This document shows, in pieces, positions 53,925 to 63,524 of a stretch of 64,000 bases of DNA. The first letter of the stretch is position 1; the number at the start of each line of letters is the position of its first letter. The position numbers and the translations under genes were made by a program. A model generated the notes under the pieces. The model had not been told where the DNA came from. It saw nothing but the letters and a program-made list of their open reading frames with translations, and did no database searches. Source of the DNA: Acidimicrobiaceae bacterium (lineage in GTDB: Bacteria > Actinomycetota > Acidimicrobiia > Acidimicrobiales > RAAP-2); NCBI GenBank assembly GCA_947372925.1, contig CANBVQ010000001.1, positions 54,286 to 118,285 on the forward strand, read 5' to 3'.

Positions 53925-55193
53925 TCACTCTACCGGCGGACCTTGGATTCCTTCTTGTATGGAGCGCCAAATCTCCACCATCCTCGACTCACCCGGTTGG
54001 CCCGAAGGCACGTAAAAGCCCGCTTCTACGCCGTCGGGGAGATACCGCTGCTCCACCCAGTTACCGGGATAGTCATGAGGATAGGCATAACCAACCCCGT
54101 GACCCAGATCGGAGGCAGCCCGGTAGTGGCCGTCACGAAGGTGGGCTGGCACTTCAGTGGATGCACCAGCTCGGACGGCAGCGGTTACCGCGCCCAACGC
54201 CACCGTTACCGAATTGCTCTTGGGACTCAGTGCGAGCCGAATCGTGGCGTGTGCCAGCGTTAGGCGCGCCTCTGGAAGGCCAACCAGCTCGACGGCACGC
54301 GCCGCCGCCTCCGCGGTGAGCAGCGCATTACCGTCCGCAATACCAATGTCTTCACTGGCCAAAATAACGAGCCGTCGGGCTAAGAATCGAGCCGACTCCC
54401 CTGCCTCCAATAGCGTCACCAGCCAATAAAGAGCAGCATCTGGATCGCTTCCACGTATTGACTTGATCAATGCGCTGACTTGGTCGTAATGGGAGTCCTG
54501 AGACTGATGGATTATCCGCCCATCGCGAGCCGCACCGACATCTTCGAGGGTCACCACGTTCTCGTGTTTCGAAGCAAACACCAGCGCCACATCCAATGTG
54601 GTCAAAACGCCCCGCCCGTCACCTTCGGCCGACTGCACCAAAACGTCGAGCGCTTCAGCGTCAATGGTCGCCCCTCGCGCGACGAGCCCTCGCTCTACCA
54701 GGAGCGTCAGACTCTCCCGTGTGTGGGGCTTAAGCCTCCAGAGCGTGGTACGACTTAGCAAGGCGGCGTTTACCTCAAAGTAGGGATTCTCCGTCGTAGC
54801 CCCAATGAGCACCACTTCGCCACTCTCGGTCACCGGGAGCAAGAGGTCTTGCTGAGACTTGTTGAAGCGGTGAACTTCATCGATAAAGAGACAGGTGCGA
54901 CCACCTTGCTCCGCCAGACGCTGTCGAGCACGCTCAATAACTTCCCGGACATCCTTTACGCCGCTGGATACCGCCGAGAGGGTAACGAAGTGCAGTCCCG
55001 CCGCTTCAGCAACAAGCCGCGCCATGGTCGTCTTGCCGGTTCCCGCTGGTCCCCACAGAATCAACGACTTAAGCGATTGGCTCTCAGCAAGCTGCCTGAG
55101 TGGTCCATTGACGCCGACTAGGTGGTCTTGACCAACAACTTCATCAAGCGAACGGGGACGCAGCGACTCGGCCAAAGGTGCAATACGGCGCAA
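53925..55193 (-). CDS. rarA: Replication-associated recombination protein A (RarA/MgsA)
   Basis: LRPRSLDEVVGQ, WGPAGTGKTT, FIDEVHRFNKSQQD, ATTENPYF, SALIKSIRGSD, ASEDIG. Start uncertain (see findings). Confidence 0.94.
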   Translation of the reverse strand: MRRIAPLAESLRPRSLDEVVGQDHLVGVNGPLRQLAESQSLKSLILWGPAGTGKTTMARLVAEAAGLHFVTLSAVSSGVKDVREVIERARQRLAEQGGRTCLFIDEVHRFNKSQQDLLLPVTESGEVVLIGATTENPYFEVNAALLSRTTLWRLKPHTRESLTLLVERGLVARGATIDAEALDVLVQSAEGDGRGVLTTLDVALVFASKHENVVTLEDVGAARDGRIIHQSQDSHYDQVSALIKSIRGSDPDAALYWLVTLLEAGESARFLARRLVILASEDIGIADGNALLTAEAAARAVELVGLPEARLTLAHATIRLALSPKSNSVTVALGAVTAAVRAGASTEVPAHLRDGHYRAASDLGHGVGYAYPHDYPGNWVEQRYLPDGVEAGFYVPSGQPGESRMVEIWRSIQEGIQGPPVE

Positions 55194-55228
55194 CCGTTCC
55201 TCGAGACCTGCATCAAAGAGTGACGTGG

Positions 55229-56968
55229 CTACACCTTTGGCGCGATGCGAATCCGCAGGTCGCGCACTTGACGTTCAGTGATTTCCTTAGGAGCACCAGT
55301 CATCAAGTCAGTGCCAGACTGAGTCTTCGGAAATGCGATCACCTCTCGGATGTTCTCTTCACCTGCGAAAATCGCCACGAGACGATCAATGCCGACAGCA
55401 AAACCAGCATGGGGTGGCGCTCCGTATCGGAAGGCACCGAGGAGAAACCCGAAACGGTTCTCCGCCTCTTCGTCACTGATTCCAAGTGCCGTAAATACGC
55501 GCGACTGTACGTCAGCGCGATGAATTCGAACTGAACCACTTCCGAGCTCCCAACCGTTGAGCACGAGGTCGTAGGCCTGTGCGCGTACCGAAAGTGGGTC
55601 ACTTTCGAGCAGATGAAGATCATCGAGATTGGGCATCGTGAAGGGGTGGTGGGCCGATACCGGATTACCTTCTTCGTCGAGCCCTTCGAACATTGGAAAG
55701 TCCGTCACCCAGACATAGCGGTGTGGACCTTGCGAAACTGGTGGTGAACCCAGATCGGCACGAAGAGTTCCGAGAATTTTGCACGCCGTGGCGTACTCGT
55801 CAGCGACGACCAAAATGAGGTCGCCCACTTCAGCGCCATCAACTTCTCGAATAGCTGCACGTTCGATATCGCCGAGGAATCGGTCCAGTGGAGAGTCGAG
55901 CCCTTCTTCTGTGATGCGGAACCAGGCAAGACCCTTCGCCCCGAGCCCCTTCGCGCGCTCGGTCAGTGCATCGAGCTTCGATCGGGTGAACGTTGCGCCA
56001 CCTGACACTCGGATGGCCTTCACGGTGGGTGCCCCGAAGGCTTTCACTTCGGTGCCCTCAAAGACATCAGACAGATCCTGCAGTGTCATACCGAAACGAA
56101 GATCCGGCTTATCGGAGCCGTATCGATCCAACGCCTCGGCCCACGTCATCGTGTCGATTGTGCTGGGCCGCTCACCGGTCGCCGCTTCAGCGCCGTCGAG
56201 TACGGCCTGCGATACGAATTCCATAATGTCGAGCTGGGTGACGAAACTAGCTTCGAGGTCCAGTTGGGTGAACTCGAACTGTCGGTCAGCACGCAAATCT
56301 TCATCTCGAAGACACCGAGCCACTTGGTAGTAGCGGTCGAACCCACCAACCATGAGAAGTTGCTTCGCAATCTGTGGACTCTGCGGAAGAACGTAGAAGT
56401 CGCCAGGATGAAGCCGCGAAGGCACCACAAACTCTCGGGCTCCCTCGGGTGTAGGGGCCCACAAAAGTGGCGTCTCGACCTCACAGAAGCCCTGTCGCTC
56501 CATAGCTGCTCGCAATGCCGAGTTCACGCGTGCCCGAAGTCGCAAATTCTTCTGCATCTGCTCGCGGCGAATGTCGAGATAGCGGTGGCGCAGCCGTACT
56601 TGTTCATCGATATCCACACGGTCGTCGAGCTGGAATGGAGGTGGCTCTGCTGAGGCCAAGACTTCCACCGTGCAGTTGGTTAGTTCAATGGCACCGGTAT
56701 CGAGCTTGTCGTTGACAGTGCCTTCAGGACGGGCTGTCACCGTTCCTGTAACACGCAGAACGTACTCACTTCGGACATCGACAGATCCATCAACGACCAC
56801 CTGGAGAAGACCCGAGCGATCGCGGAGGTCGACGAATGCAAGGTGTTCGCCGTGTTCGCGGCGCTTAGCCACCCATCCACACACCGTCAAAGTGGTACCG
56901 ATGTCGCTGGCTGATACTGACGCGCACATGCGGTCTCGCAGGCTGGTTGCTTCGTAATTCGTCGTCAT
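55229..56968 (-). CDS. aspS: Aspartate--tRNA ligase
   Basis: N-terminal OB fold, LPQSPQIAKQLL, CLRDEDLRADRQFEFTQLD, ELGSGSVRIH, PPHAGFAVGIDRL, IAFPKT. Confidence 0.97.
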   Translation of the reverse strand: MTTNYEATSLRDRMCASVSASDIGTTLTVCGWVAKRREHGEHLAFVDLRDRSGLLQVVVDGSVDVRSEYVLRVTGTVTARPEGTVNDKLDTGAIELTNCTVEVLASAEPPPFQLDDRVDIDEQVRLRHRYLDIRREQMQKNLRLRARVNSALRAAMERQGFCEVETPLLWAPTPEGAREFVVPSRLHPGDFYVLPQSPQIAKQLLMVGGFDRYYQVARCLRDEDLRADRQFEFTQLDLEASFVTQLDIMEFVSQAVLDGAEAATGERPSTIDTMTWAEALDRYGSDKPDLRFGMTLQDLSDVFEGTEVKAFGAPTVKAIRVSGGATFTRSKLDALTERAKGLGAKGLAWFRITEEGLDSPLDRFLGDIERAAIREVDGAEVGDLILVVADEYATACKILGTLRADLGSPPVSQGPHRYVWVTDFPMFEGLDEEGNPVSAHHPFTMPNLDDLHLLESDPLSVRAQAYDLVLNGWELGSGSVRIHRADVQSRVFTALGISDEEAENRFGFLLGAFRYGAPPHAGFAVGIDRLVAIFAGEENIREVIAFPKTQSGTDLMTGAPKEITERQVRDLRIRIAPKV

Positions 56969-58266
56969 TAGTTCATGCTCGTTTCAATTGCTTCACGCAC
57001 CACGTTTACAAGTTCTGAACGAGGTACCAGCTTCTGCCGATTGCCTTCATCTGTTGCTCGTAGGTCTCTTATCGTAATAGTGCCAGCTTCCAACTCCTGG
57101 GGACCTACCAGCAGGGCAATCCGCGCGCCCGAACGGTCCGCCGCCTTTAGCTGAGACTTCATCGACCGTCCGTCAAATGCACGGTCCGCCGCAAAACCAT
57201 TTCGGCGAAGGAGGTCGCAAATCTGGAGGGCTTCCTGCCCCCCAGTCGTATCCACCACGAAGACATCAATACTGGCGTCCCGCAATTTCTCAAAACGTAG
57301 CGAATCTTCTGCTTGGAGCGCCAAGAGGAGCCTCTCTATGCCGCTACCAAAGCCGACGCCGGCCGTGGGCTTTCCACCAAGATCCTCTGCCAATTGATCG
57401 TAACGACCGCCTCCACCTACTGCATTCTGAGCACCATCCAGAGCATCGGACACGAATTCGAAAGTTGTGCGGGTGTAGTAATCAAAACCACGAACCAACT
57501 TCACGTTGCGCTCCCAGGGAACGCCTATCGCAGTCAATCCGTCGGTCACGTGCTTGAAGTGTGTCGCACACTCTTCACAGAGCGCATCGGCAATAGATGG
57601 GCCGGCATCGACGACGGTCCGACATTCCCGCTTCTTGCAGTCAATTACCCGCAGAGGGTTACCGGACCACGACTTGGCGTGCTCATCACACAAATTGGAC
57701 TCTTGTGAAGACAAGTGGGACCGCAGCGAAACAACGAATGCTTCGCGACATTCAGCGTGACCCATTGAGTTGACCATAAGTCGGATCTGACTCAGCCCAA
57801 TGGTCTCGAAGAACCGCCAGGCCAAGGCGATGACCTCGACATCAACAAAGGGATCTTCAGTTCCGAGGACCTCAACACCGAGTTGGTGGTGCTGACGATA
57901 ACGCCCCGCCTGTGGGCGCTCGTAGCGGAAGGCTGGGGTGACGTACCAGGCCTTCCATGGCGTAGTTGGCTGATGCTGCACGAAGGCTCTCACAACGGAG
58001 GCCGTACCTTCGGGACGAAGTGCCAATGTTCGTCCACCCCTATCTTCGAATACGTACATTTCCTTACGAGCGACATCGCTCTCTTCGCCAATGCCACGGT
58101 TAAACACAGCCACATCCTCGAACATTGGTGTTAAGACGAGACCAAAGCCCCACTGGTGCGCCATCTCACTAAAGGTGCCGACAAGTCTCTCCCACGCTCG
58201 CGAGGAGTCCGGCAATACATCATGCGTTCCGGTGGGTGCCACGAGCTGCTTAGGTTGTTCGCTCAC
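56968..58266 (-). CDS. hisS: Histidine--tRNA ligase
   Basis: LRPEGTASVVR, FRYERPQAGRYRQHHQ, VRGFDYY, GGGRYD, GFGSGIERL, anticodon-binding domain. Confidence 0.97.
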   Translation of the reverse strand: MSEQPKQLVAPTGTHDVLPDSSRAWERLVGTFSEMAHQWGFGLVLTPMFEDVAVFNRGIGEESDVARKEMYVFEDRGGRTLALRPEGTASVVRAFVQHQPTTPWKAWYVTPAFRYERPQAGRYRQHHQLGVEVLGTEDPFVDVEVIALAWRFFETIGLSQIRLMVNSMGHAECREAFVVSLRSHLSSQESNLCDEHAKSWSGNPLRVIDCKKRECRTVVDAGPSIADALCEECATHFKHVTDGLTAIGVPWERNVKLVRGFDYYTRTTFEFVSDALDGAQNAVGGGGRYDQLAEDLGGKPTAGVGFGSGIERLLLALQAEDSLRFEKLRDASIDVFVVDTTGGQEALQICDLLRRNGFAADRAFDGRSMKSQLKAADRSGARIALLVGPQELEAGTITIRDLRATDEGNRQKLVPRSELVNVVREAIETSMN

Positions 58267-60473
58267 GAAGAGCCCTTTCTGCCAGGAAGATCTCGGAATG
58301 CCTCAAAGACACCGTCAACGTTCTTAATTGCGACAATCAAAGTCGAAAGATGCGACGGGTCGGCAAATTCCACTTCGAAGGTCATTTTCACGATTCGGTC
58401 AGTACCCGTCGTCGAACTACTCGCAACAATATTCAGATGGTATTCAGCCACTACCCGACTGACGTCAAAGAGAAGCCGGGTTCGATCGAACGCATGAATC
58501 TTGAGGGTCGCTCGGTAGATACCGTGCGTTGAGCCATCCCAGGCCACATCGATGACACGATCGCCTAGTCGAGAGGCAAGGGCGGCCGCATTGGAGCAGT
58601 CGGTACGGTGGACCGACACGCCCCGGCCCTGTGTCACAAAGCCCATGATGGCGTCCCCCGGTACAGGCGAACAGCACCGTGCCAAGTGAATCATCACGTC
58701 GTCGAGTCCTTCGACGTAGACACCAGCGGAACGGCGCGTATCACGACGAAGTTTCGAAACCTTCGATACCGATGTCGGCATCTGTTCGTCACTACCGCCC
58801 GTCAGTTCTCGCTCCAGCCGTTGCGTCACGGATTGGGCGGAAAGATGGTGTTCTCCGATAGCCACCAACATGGCATCAAGGTCATCAAGATTAAGTTGCT
58901 CAATGACGCGGTTCATGGCATCAGAGGAGATTGATGTCGCAATCGGGAGACCGGCACGTCGCACGGCGCTGATCAATTCCTCCCGACCGTTCTCCATGGC
59001 ATCTTCGCGACGCTCGCGCTGGAACCACTGTCGAATTTTGCTCTTAGCGCGCGACGAGACGGCGATTGTGAGCCAGTCGCGACTCGGACTTGCGGTATCT
59101 GACTTGTCAGTCACGATTTCAACAACATCCGCAGACTTGAGTTCTGTTTCTAGGGGCACTAATCGGTTATTCACCTTGGCCCCGATGCAACGATGCCCTA
59201 CTTCGGTGTGTACCGCGTACGCGAAGTCAACCGGGGTTGACCCCTTCGTGATGGTGATGATCCGACCCTTCGGCGTGTAGACGTAGATCTCGTCAGTAAC
59301 CAGGTCCAGCTTGAGGTTTTCGAGGAAGGAAACCGAATCATCACTTCCCTGCTCCACTTCGACCATTCGCTGCATCCAGGCGATCTCGTTCGGTGTGGGA
59401 TTCTCTTTGTAGCGCCAGTGCGCGGCCACGCCATTCTCAGCTCGATAGTGCATCTCTCTGGTGCGGATCTGAATCTCAACTTCCTTGGCCTGCGGCCCCA
59501 GGACGGTGGTGTGCAATGACTGATACTGGTTGAACTTTGGCGAGTTGATGTAGTCCTTGAATCGGTTCTCCAAGGGGCGCCAGAGCGCGTGAATAGCACC
59601 AAGGGTTGACCAACACTCCTTCTCTTCGTCCACAATCACTCGAAGACCGATTAGGTCGAAGATTGAGTCAAACTCTTTCCCCTCGACCACCATCTTTTCG
59701 TAGATACTCCAAAGGTGCTTGTGACGTCCGCGTACTTCGGCGATGATTCCAAAGAGTTGCAGCTTGTCCACTAGCTCGGTCATTACGAGCTGTACGTACT
59801 CTTCACGTTCAGGAGTACGGGCCGCCACCATCTGCTCGATTTCTGCATACTGACGCGGCTCCAGCGTCGCAAACGCCAAATCCTCTAGTTCAGACTTCAC
59901 GCGCTGGACACCAAGACGGTGAGCGATAGGCGCGTAGATGTCGAGGGTCTCTTGAGCAATAAGCCGCTGTTTCTCGACAGGCATAACCGAGAGGGTTCTC
60001 ATGTTGTGGAGTCGATCGGCCAACTTAATCATGATGACTCGAAGGTCGCGAGCCATGGCAACGAACATCTTGCGGATTGTGGCGGCCTGCTGCTCCTGCT
60101 TGGTGGCAAAGTTCAAGCTGTCGAGCTTTGTAACACCATCGACGATGGCGGCCACCTCGTCGTCAAACATTTCCGCGACCATCTCGTTGGTTACAGCCGT
60201 GTCTTCCACGGCGTCGTGTAACAGCGCTGCGGCAATCGTCTTAGCGTCCATGCCCAGTTCCGCAACAATGGCAGCCACGGCGATGGGGTGAGTTACGTAG
60301 GGCTCACCCGTACGACGGAGCTGGCCCTTGTGGGCCTGCATGGCGAGTGCGCAGGCTCGCTCGATCATCAGGGTCTCTGCCCCAGGGAAGCGGGCCTGAT
60401 ACGCCTCTAGAACGGGTTCGAGCAGGGGCGCCAAGACCTCGCCTTGGAGGGGGTTTTGGGCGACGCTGACCAT
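58263..60473 (-). CDS. relA: Bifunctional (p)ppGpp synthetase/hydrolase Rel
   Basis: HD domain (ALLHDAVED), KLADRLHNMRT, synthetase motifs (RFKDYI, YQSLHT, EIQIRT), TGS, CC zinc region, ACT. Confidence 0.96.
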   Translation of the reverse strand: MVSVAQNPLQGEVLAPLLEPVLEAYQARFPGAETLMIERACALAMQAHKGQLRRTGEPYVTHPIAVAAIVAELGMDAKTIAAALLHDAVEDTAVTNEMVAEMFDDEVAAIVDGVTKLDSLNFATKQEQQAATIRKMFVAMARDLRVIMIKLADRLHNMRTLSVMPVEKQRLIAQETLDIYAPIAHRLGVQRVKSELEDLAFATLEPRQYAEIEQMVAARTPEREEYVQLVMTELVDKLQLFGIIAEVRGRHKHLWSIYEKMVVEGKEFDSIFDLIGLRVIVDEEKECWSTLGAIHALWRPLENRFKDYINSPKFNQYQSLHTTVLGPQAKEVEIQIRTREMHYRAENGVAAHWRYKENPTPNEIAWMQRMVEVEQGSDDSVSFLENLKLDLVTDEIYVYTPKGRIITITKGSTPVDFAYAVHTEVGHRCIGAKVNNRLVPLETELKSADVVEIVTDKSDTASPSRDWLTIAVSSRAKSKIRQWFQRERREDAMENGREELISAVRRAGLPIATSISSDAMNRVIEQLNLDDLDAMLVAIGEHHLSAQSVTQRLERELTGGSDEQMPTSVSKVSKLRRDTRRSAGVYVEGLDDVMIHLARCCSPVPGDAIMGFVTQGRGVSVHRTDCSNAAALASRLGDRVIDVAWDGSTHGIYRATLKIHAFDRTRLLFDVSRVVAEYHLNIVASSSTTGTDRIVKMTFEVEFADPSHLSTLIVAIKNVDGVFEAFRDLPGRKGSS

Positions 60474-60493
60474 GAAATCAGCCTATCGTTCGA

Positions 60494-61618
60494 TTATCGG
60501 CGTTTTTGCTTGCGAGCCTTGGCGGTGATCGTCGCCTTCGAAGACGCCGAGTCGTGTGACGCCCCTCCCCCACCGGCCAGCACGGCCGCGGATTGGGCGG
60601 ACATCACAGTTCGGGCACCCTTGGCTGCCAAGCGGTTACGCAGGTCAATCATTCGTGGTTCGCGTTCCTTAAGTAGAGCCAGGAGGGGCGAGGCGATGAA
60701 TAGTGACGAGTAGGCACCGGCCATGAGACCAACGAAGAGCGCCAGTCCGTACTCACGGAGGGTTGTTGCACCGAGCAACTCAGCTCCAACAAAGAGAACG
60801 GACAGTACCGGCAGAATTGCCACCAATGACGTATTGATGGACCGAGCCAGCGTTTGGTTCATCGACAAGTTGATCATGTCTGAATAGCTCATCGAGCCGT
60901 TATTCAAGATGCCCTTGGTGTTGTCACGAACACGGTCAAAGACGACCACTGTGTCGTAGAGCGAATAACCGAGGATGGTCAACAAAGCAATAACTGTGTC
61001 GGGGGTCACCTGGAAGCCGAAAATTGAATAGATACCCATGGTGATGAGCAAGTCGTGAACCATCGCGACAAAGGCCGAAATCGCCATCTTGGGCTCAAAG
61101 CGACCACTGATATAGATCACCACTGCAATGAAGAAGACGAGCAGAGCAATTAGGGCTCGGTTGGTAACCGCGCCGCCCCATGTGGGACCCACAGTGGAAA
61201 CTGAGACTTGATTCGCTGATTTATTGGCAATCTTGGCCAGTGCATCGGCGACCGCGTTCTCTACTTTCGTCAACTCAGTTCCGGTCAGGGCGTTGAGATC
61301 GGCCTCAACGTGAACCGTGGAACCACCCAGAATGAACACAGTGGGCTGACTGGCCCCCGCCGCCTCGACGGCCTTGGTCACTTCGTCGGTTGTAGTGCTC
61401 GTTGCAATCACTTCCCAGGCGGTGCCACCCTTGAAATCAATTCCAAGATTTAGGCCCCGCAGGCCAATCGAACCAAGGCCGGCAAGAATAATCACCGTGG
61501 ATAGAGCGAAGTAAATCTTGGTACGAGATAGGAAATTGATGGTCGTGAGACCGCGGTAGATACGAATAAAACCGCTTGGCTGTTTCTCGATCGGAGTCAA
61601 CTCTTCGCTATTAGACAT
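60494..61618 (-). CDS. secF: Protein translocase subunit SecF
   Basis: NLGIDFKGG, GYSLYDTVVVFDRVR, QTLARSINTS, GAYSSLFIASP. Confidence 0.96.
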   Translation of the reverse strand: MSNSEELTPIEKQPSGFIRIYRGLTTINFLSRTKIYFALSTVIILAGLGSIGLRGLNLGIDFKGGTAWEVIATSTTTDEVTKAVEAAGASQPTVFILGGSTVHVEADLNALTGTELTKVENAVADALAKIANKSANQVSVSTVGPTWGGAVTNRALIALLVFFIAVVIYISGRFEPKMAISAFVAMVHDLLITMGIYSIFGFQVTPDTVIALLTILGYSLYDTVVVFDRVRDNTKGILNNGSMSYSDMINLSMNQTLARSINTSLVAILPVLSVLFVGAELLGATTLREYGLALFVGLMAGAYSSLFIASPLLALLKEREPRMIDLRNRLAAKGARTVMSAQSAAVLAGGGGASHDSASSKATITAKARKQKRR

Positions 61619-63131
61619 GCTTCACCTCGGCGCCGATTCCAGCAGCCATTGAGAAATTAGAGGACGATTCTGAGTTGCGTCGACCGAGCAGTGTTACCAA
61701 GGGTCGCGTGAAGTACCAGGTCACGATGATGTCGAGCAACGTTGAAAGACCTAGGAAGAAGGCAAATCCACGCACCGCACCAACTGCAATGAGATAGAGA
61801 AGGCCGGCAGCCAACAGGCTGACGAGGTCTGCGGCTAGAACGGTGCGCCACGCCGACTTAAAGCCACGATCCACCGAACTGCGCATCGTGCGACCTGCTC
61901 GCGTCTCGTCCTTCAGTCGTTCGAAGTACACGATGAAACTATCGACGGTAATTCCAATCGAGACAATTAGCCCAGTGACGCCAGCCAAGTCGAAGCTTGG
62001 GGCTAACGCCGTCTTACCAAGCGCCGAAATAATGGCGAAGAGTGCAGCTGCGCTGACTCCAAGGCCAAGCACGATCACCAAGCCCAGCGCGCGGTAGTAG
62101 ATGATGGTGTAGAGCAACACAATGAGCAGACCGGCGAGACCGGCGCCCAGTCCAGCGACCAATGCAGAGTGACCCAACGTAGGTGAAACAGTCTGAGTCG
62201 TTAATGGCTCAAGCCGAACGGGGAGCGAACCAAACTGCATCGCAATGGCGAGATTCTTGGCTGAACTTTCCGTAAAAGAGCCGGAAATCTGACCTGAACC
62301 ACCAAACGACCTTGGTGAACTTTCCGTCGGCTGAATGATTGGGGCCGACTGAACAACGCCATCGAGTTCGATTGCAACTAGGCCGTGGAAGTTTGCAGTG
62401 GCAACTTGATCCCAGAGGGCACTACCGGTTCCCGTCAGGTTGTAGCTGACAATCCACGCGCCGGCTTGATCTTGTTGGGCCACCGCGTTCTTGAGCGATG
62501 TACCCGTCATCTGTGCTGGGCCGAGAATGTATCTCTGACTGGGATTGCCAGCCGAGGGCAGCAATACCGTCTGATTGGCAAAGTCTGCCGCAGAAGGTGT
62601 TGACGGGAAGGTGCTGAGGGAGGGGTCCGGTTGCACTGGATTCATGGTGTAGCCAGCCGCCGATTGCGGATTAGGACTTACGCCAAGATTCGACGCGGCC
62701 ATTGAATACTGGGGCCCACACGCGGGTAATGCGGATCCGGTGAAAGGTTCCAATTTGGCCGCTGTTGTTGTTTCGCAGAGCACGGGCCGAAACAGCAGCT
62801 GGGCCGTTTGACCAATAGAGGCCAGAATTTCACGGGCATTCGTGGCCCCAGGGACACTGACCACCACGTTCGTGCCTTGCAGGTTGACAGATGCACCCGA
62901 GACACCGAGTCCGTTGACGCGATTCGAGAGAATCTGTACCACTTGCAACAAATCAGCCTTTGATGCTTGCGTCGTTGGCTTGTAGACGACCGAGAGACCG
63001 CCGGCCAAGTCCAAGCCCAGCTTTGGAGCCCAACCCAATACCAGGGTGAGCGTCAAAGACCCAAAAGAAAGCAACAGCGTGGCGCAGAGCGCGACGATGA
63101 GGGAACGCTTGGACGCGGGACCAGAAGCCAC
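61611..63131 (-). CDS. secD: Protein translocase subunit SecD
   Basis: KLGLDLAGG, RVNGLGVS, AIELDG, GSLPV, GITVDSFIVYFER. Confidence 0.95.
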   Translation of the reverse strand: MASGPASKRSLIVALCATLLLSFGSLTLTLVLGWAPKLGLDLAGGLSVVYKPTTQASKADLLQVVQILSNRVNGLGVSGASVNLQGTNVVVSVPGATNAREILASIGQTAQLLFRPVLCETTTAAKLEPFTGSALPACGPQYSMAASNLGVSPNPQSAAGYTMNPVQPDPSLSTFPSTPSAADFANQTVLLPSAGNPSQRYILGPAQMTGTSLKNAVAQQDQAGAWIVSYNLTGTGSALWDQVATANFHGLVAIELDGVVQSAPIIQPTESSPRSFGGSGQISGSFTESSAKNLAIAMQFGSLPVRLEPLTTQTVSPTLGHSALVAGLGAGLAGLLIVLLYTIIYYRALGLVIVLGLGVSAAALFAIISALGKTALAPSFDLAGVTGLIVSIGITVDSFIVYFERLKDETRAGRTMRSSVDRGFKSAWRTVLAADLVSLLAAGLLYLIAVGAVRGFAFFLGLSTLLDIIVTWYFTRPLVTLLGRRNSESSSNFSMAAGIGAEVKHV

Positions 63132-63475
63132 TACTGGCCTTCAGACTCAGTGTCAGCTTCAGGCGTGGGGTCTACGACGGCTGCCGGTGGGTTGTACTTA
63201 CCAGCGATCGCCCTCTTGACGAAAGTCAACTCCACGCCACTGTCCGTCCGAACTGCAATCTTGTCGTCAACGATTGAAACAACCGTGGCGATAAGACCAC
63301 CGATGGTTTGAATCTCGTCGCCTACTTCGAAATTACGACTCTGCGTCATCTGTTCGCGACGCTTCTTATTGCGTGGACGCATGTAGAACCAGTAGAAGGA
63401 AAAGAACGCTGCCACCATGAGCAAGGTAACGAGTGGATTGCCCTTTTGAGTGGCTTGAGTGGCTAAAACGAGCAT
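63131..63475 (-). CDS. yajC: Preprotein translocase subunit YajC
   Basis: One TM then MRPRNKK, VGDEIQTIGGL; SD GGAGG; upstream of secD. Confidence 0.93.
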   Translation of the reverse strand: MLVLATQATQKGNPLVTLLMVAAFFSFYWFYMRPRNKKRREQMTQSRNFEVGDEIQTIGGLIATVVSIVDDKIAVRTDSGVELTFVKRAIAGKYNPPAAVVDPTPEADTESEGQ

Positions 63476-63524
63476 TATGCCTCCGGTACTGAACGTGAAA
63501 ACCCTAGCCGTTTAGAGGAAAGGT

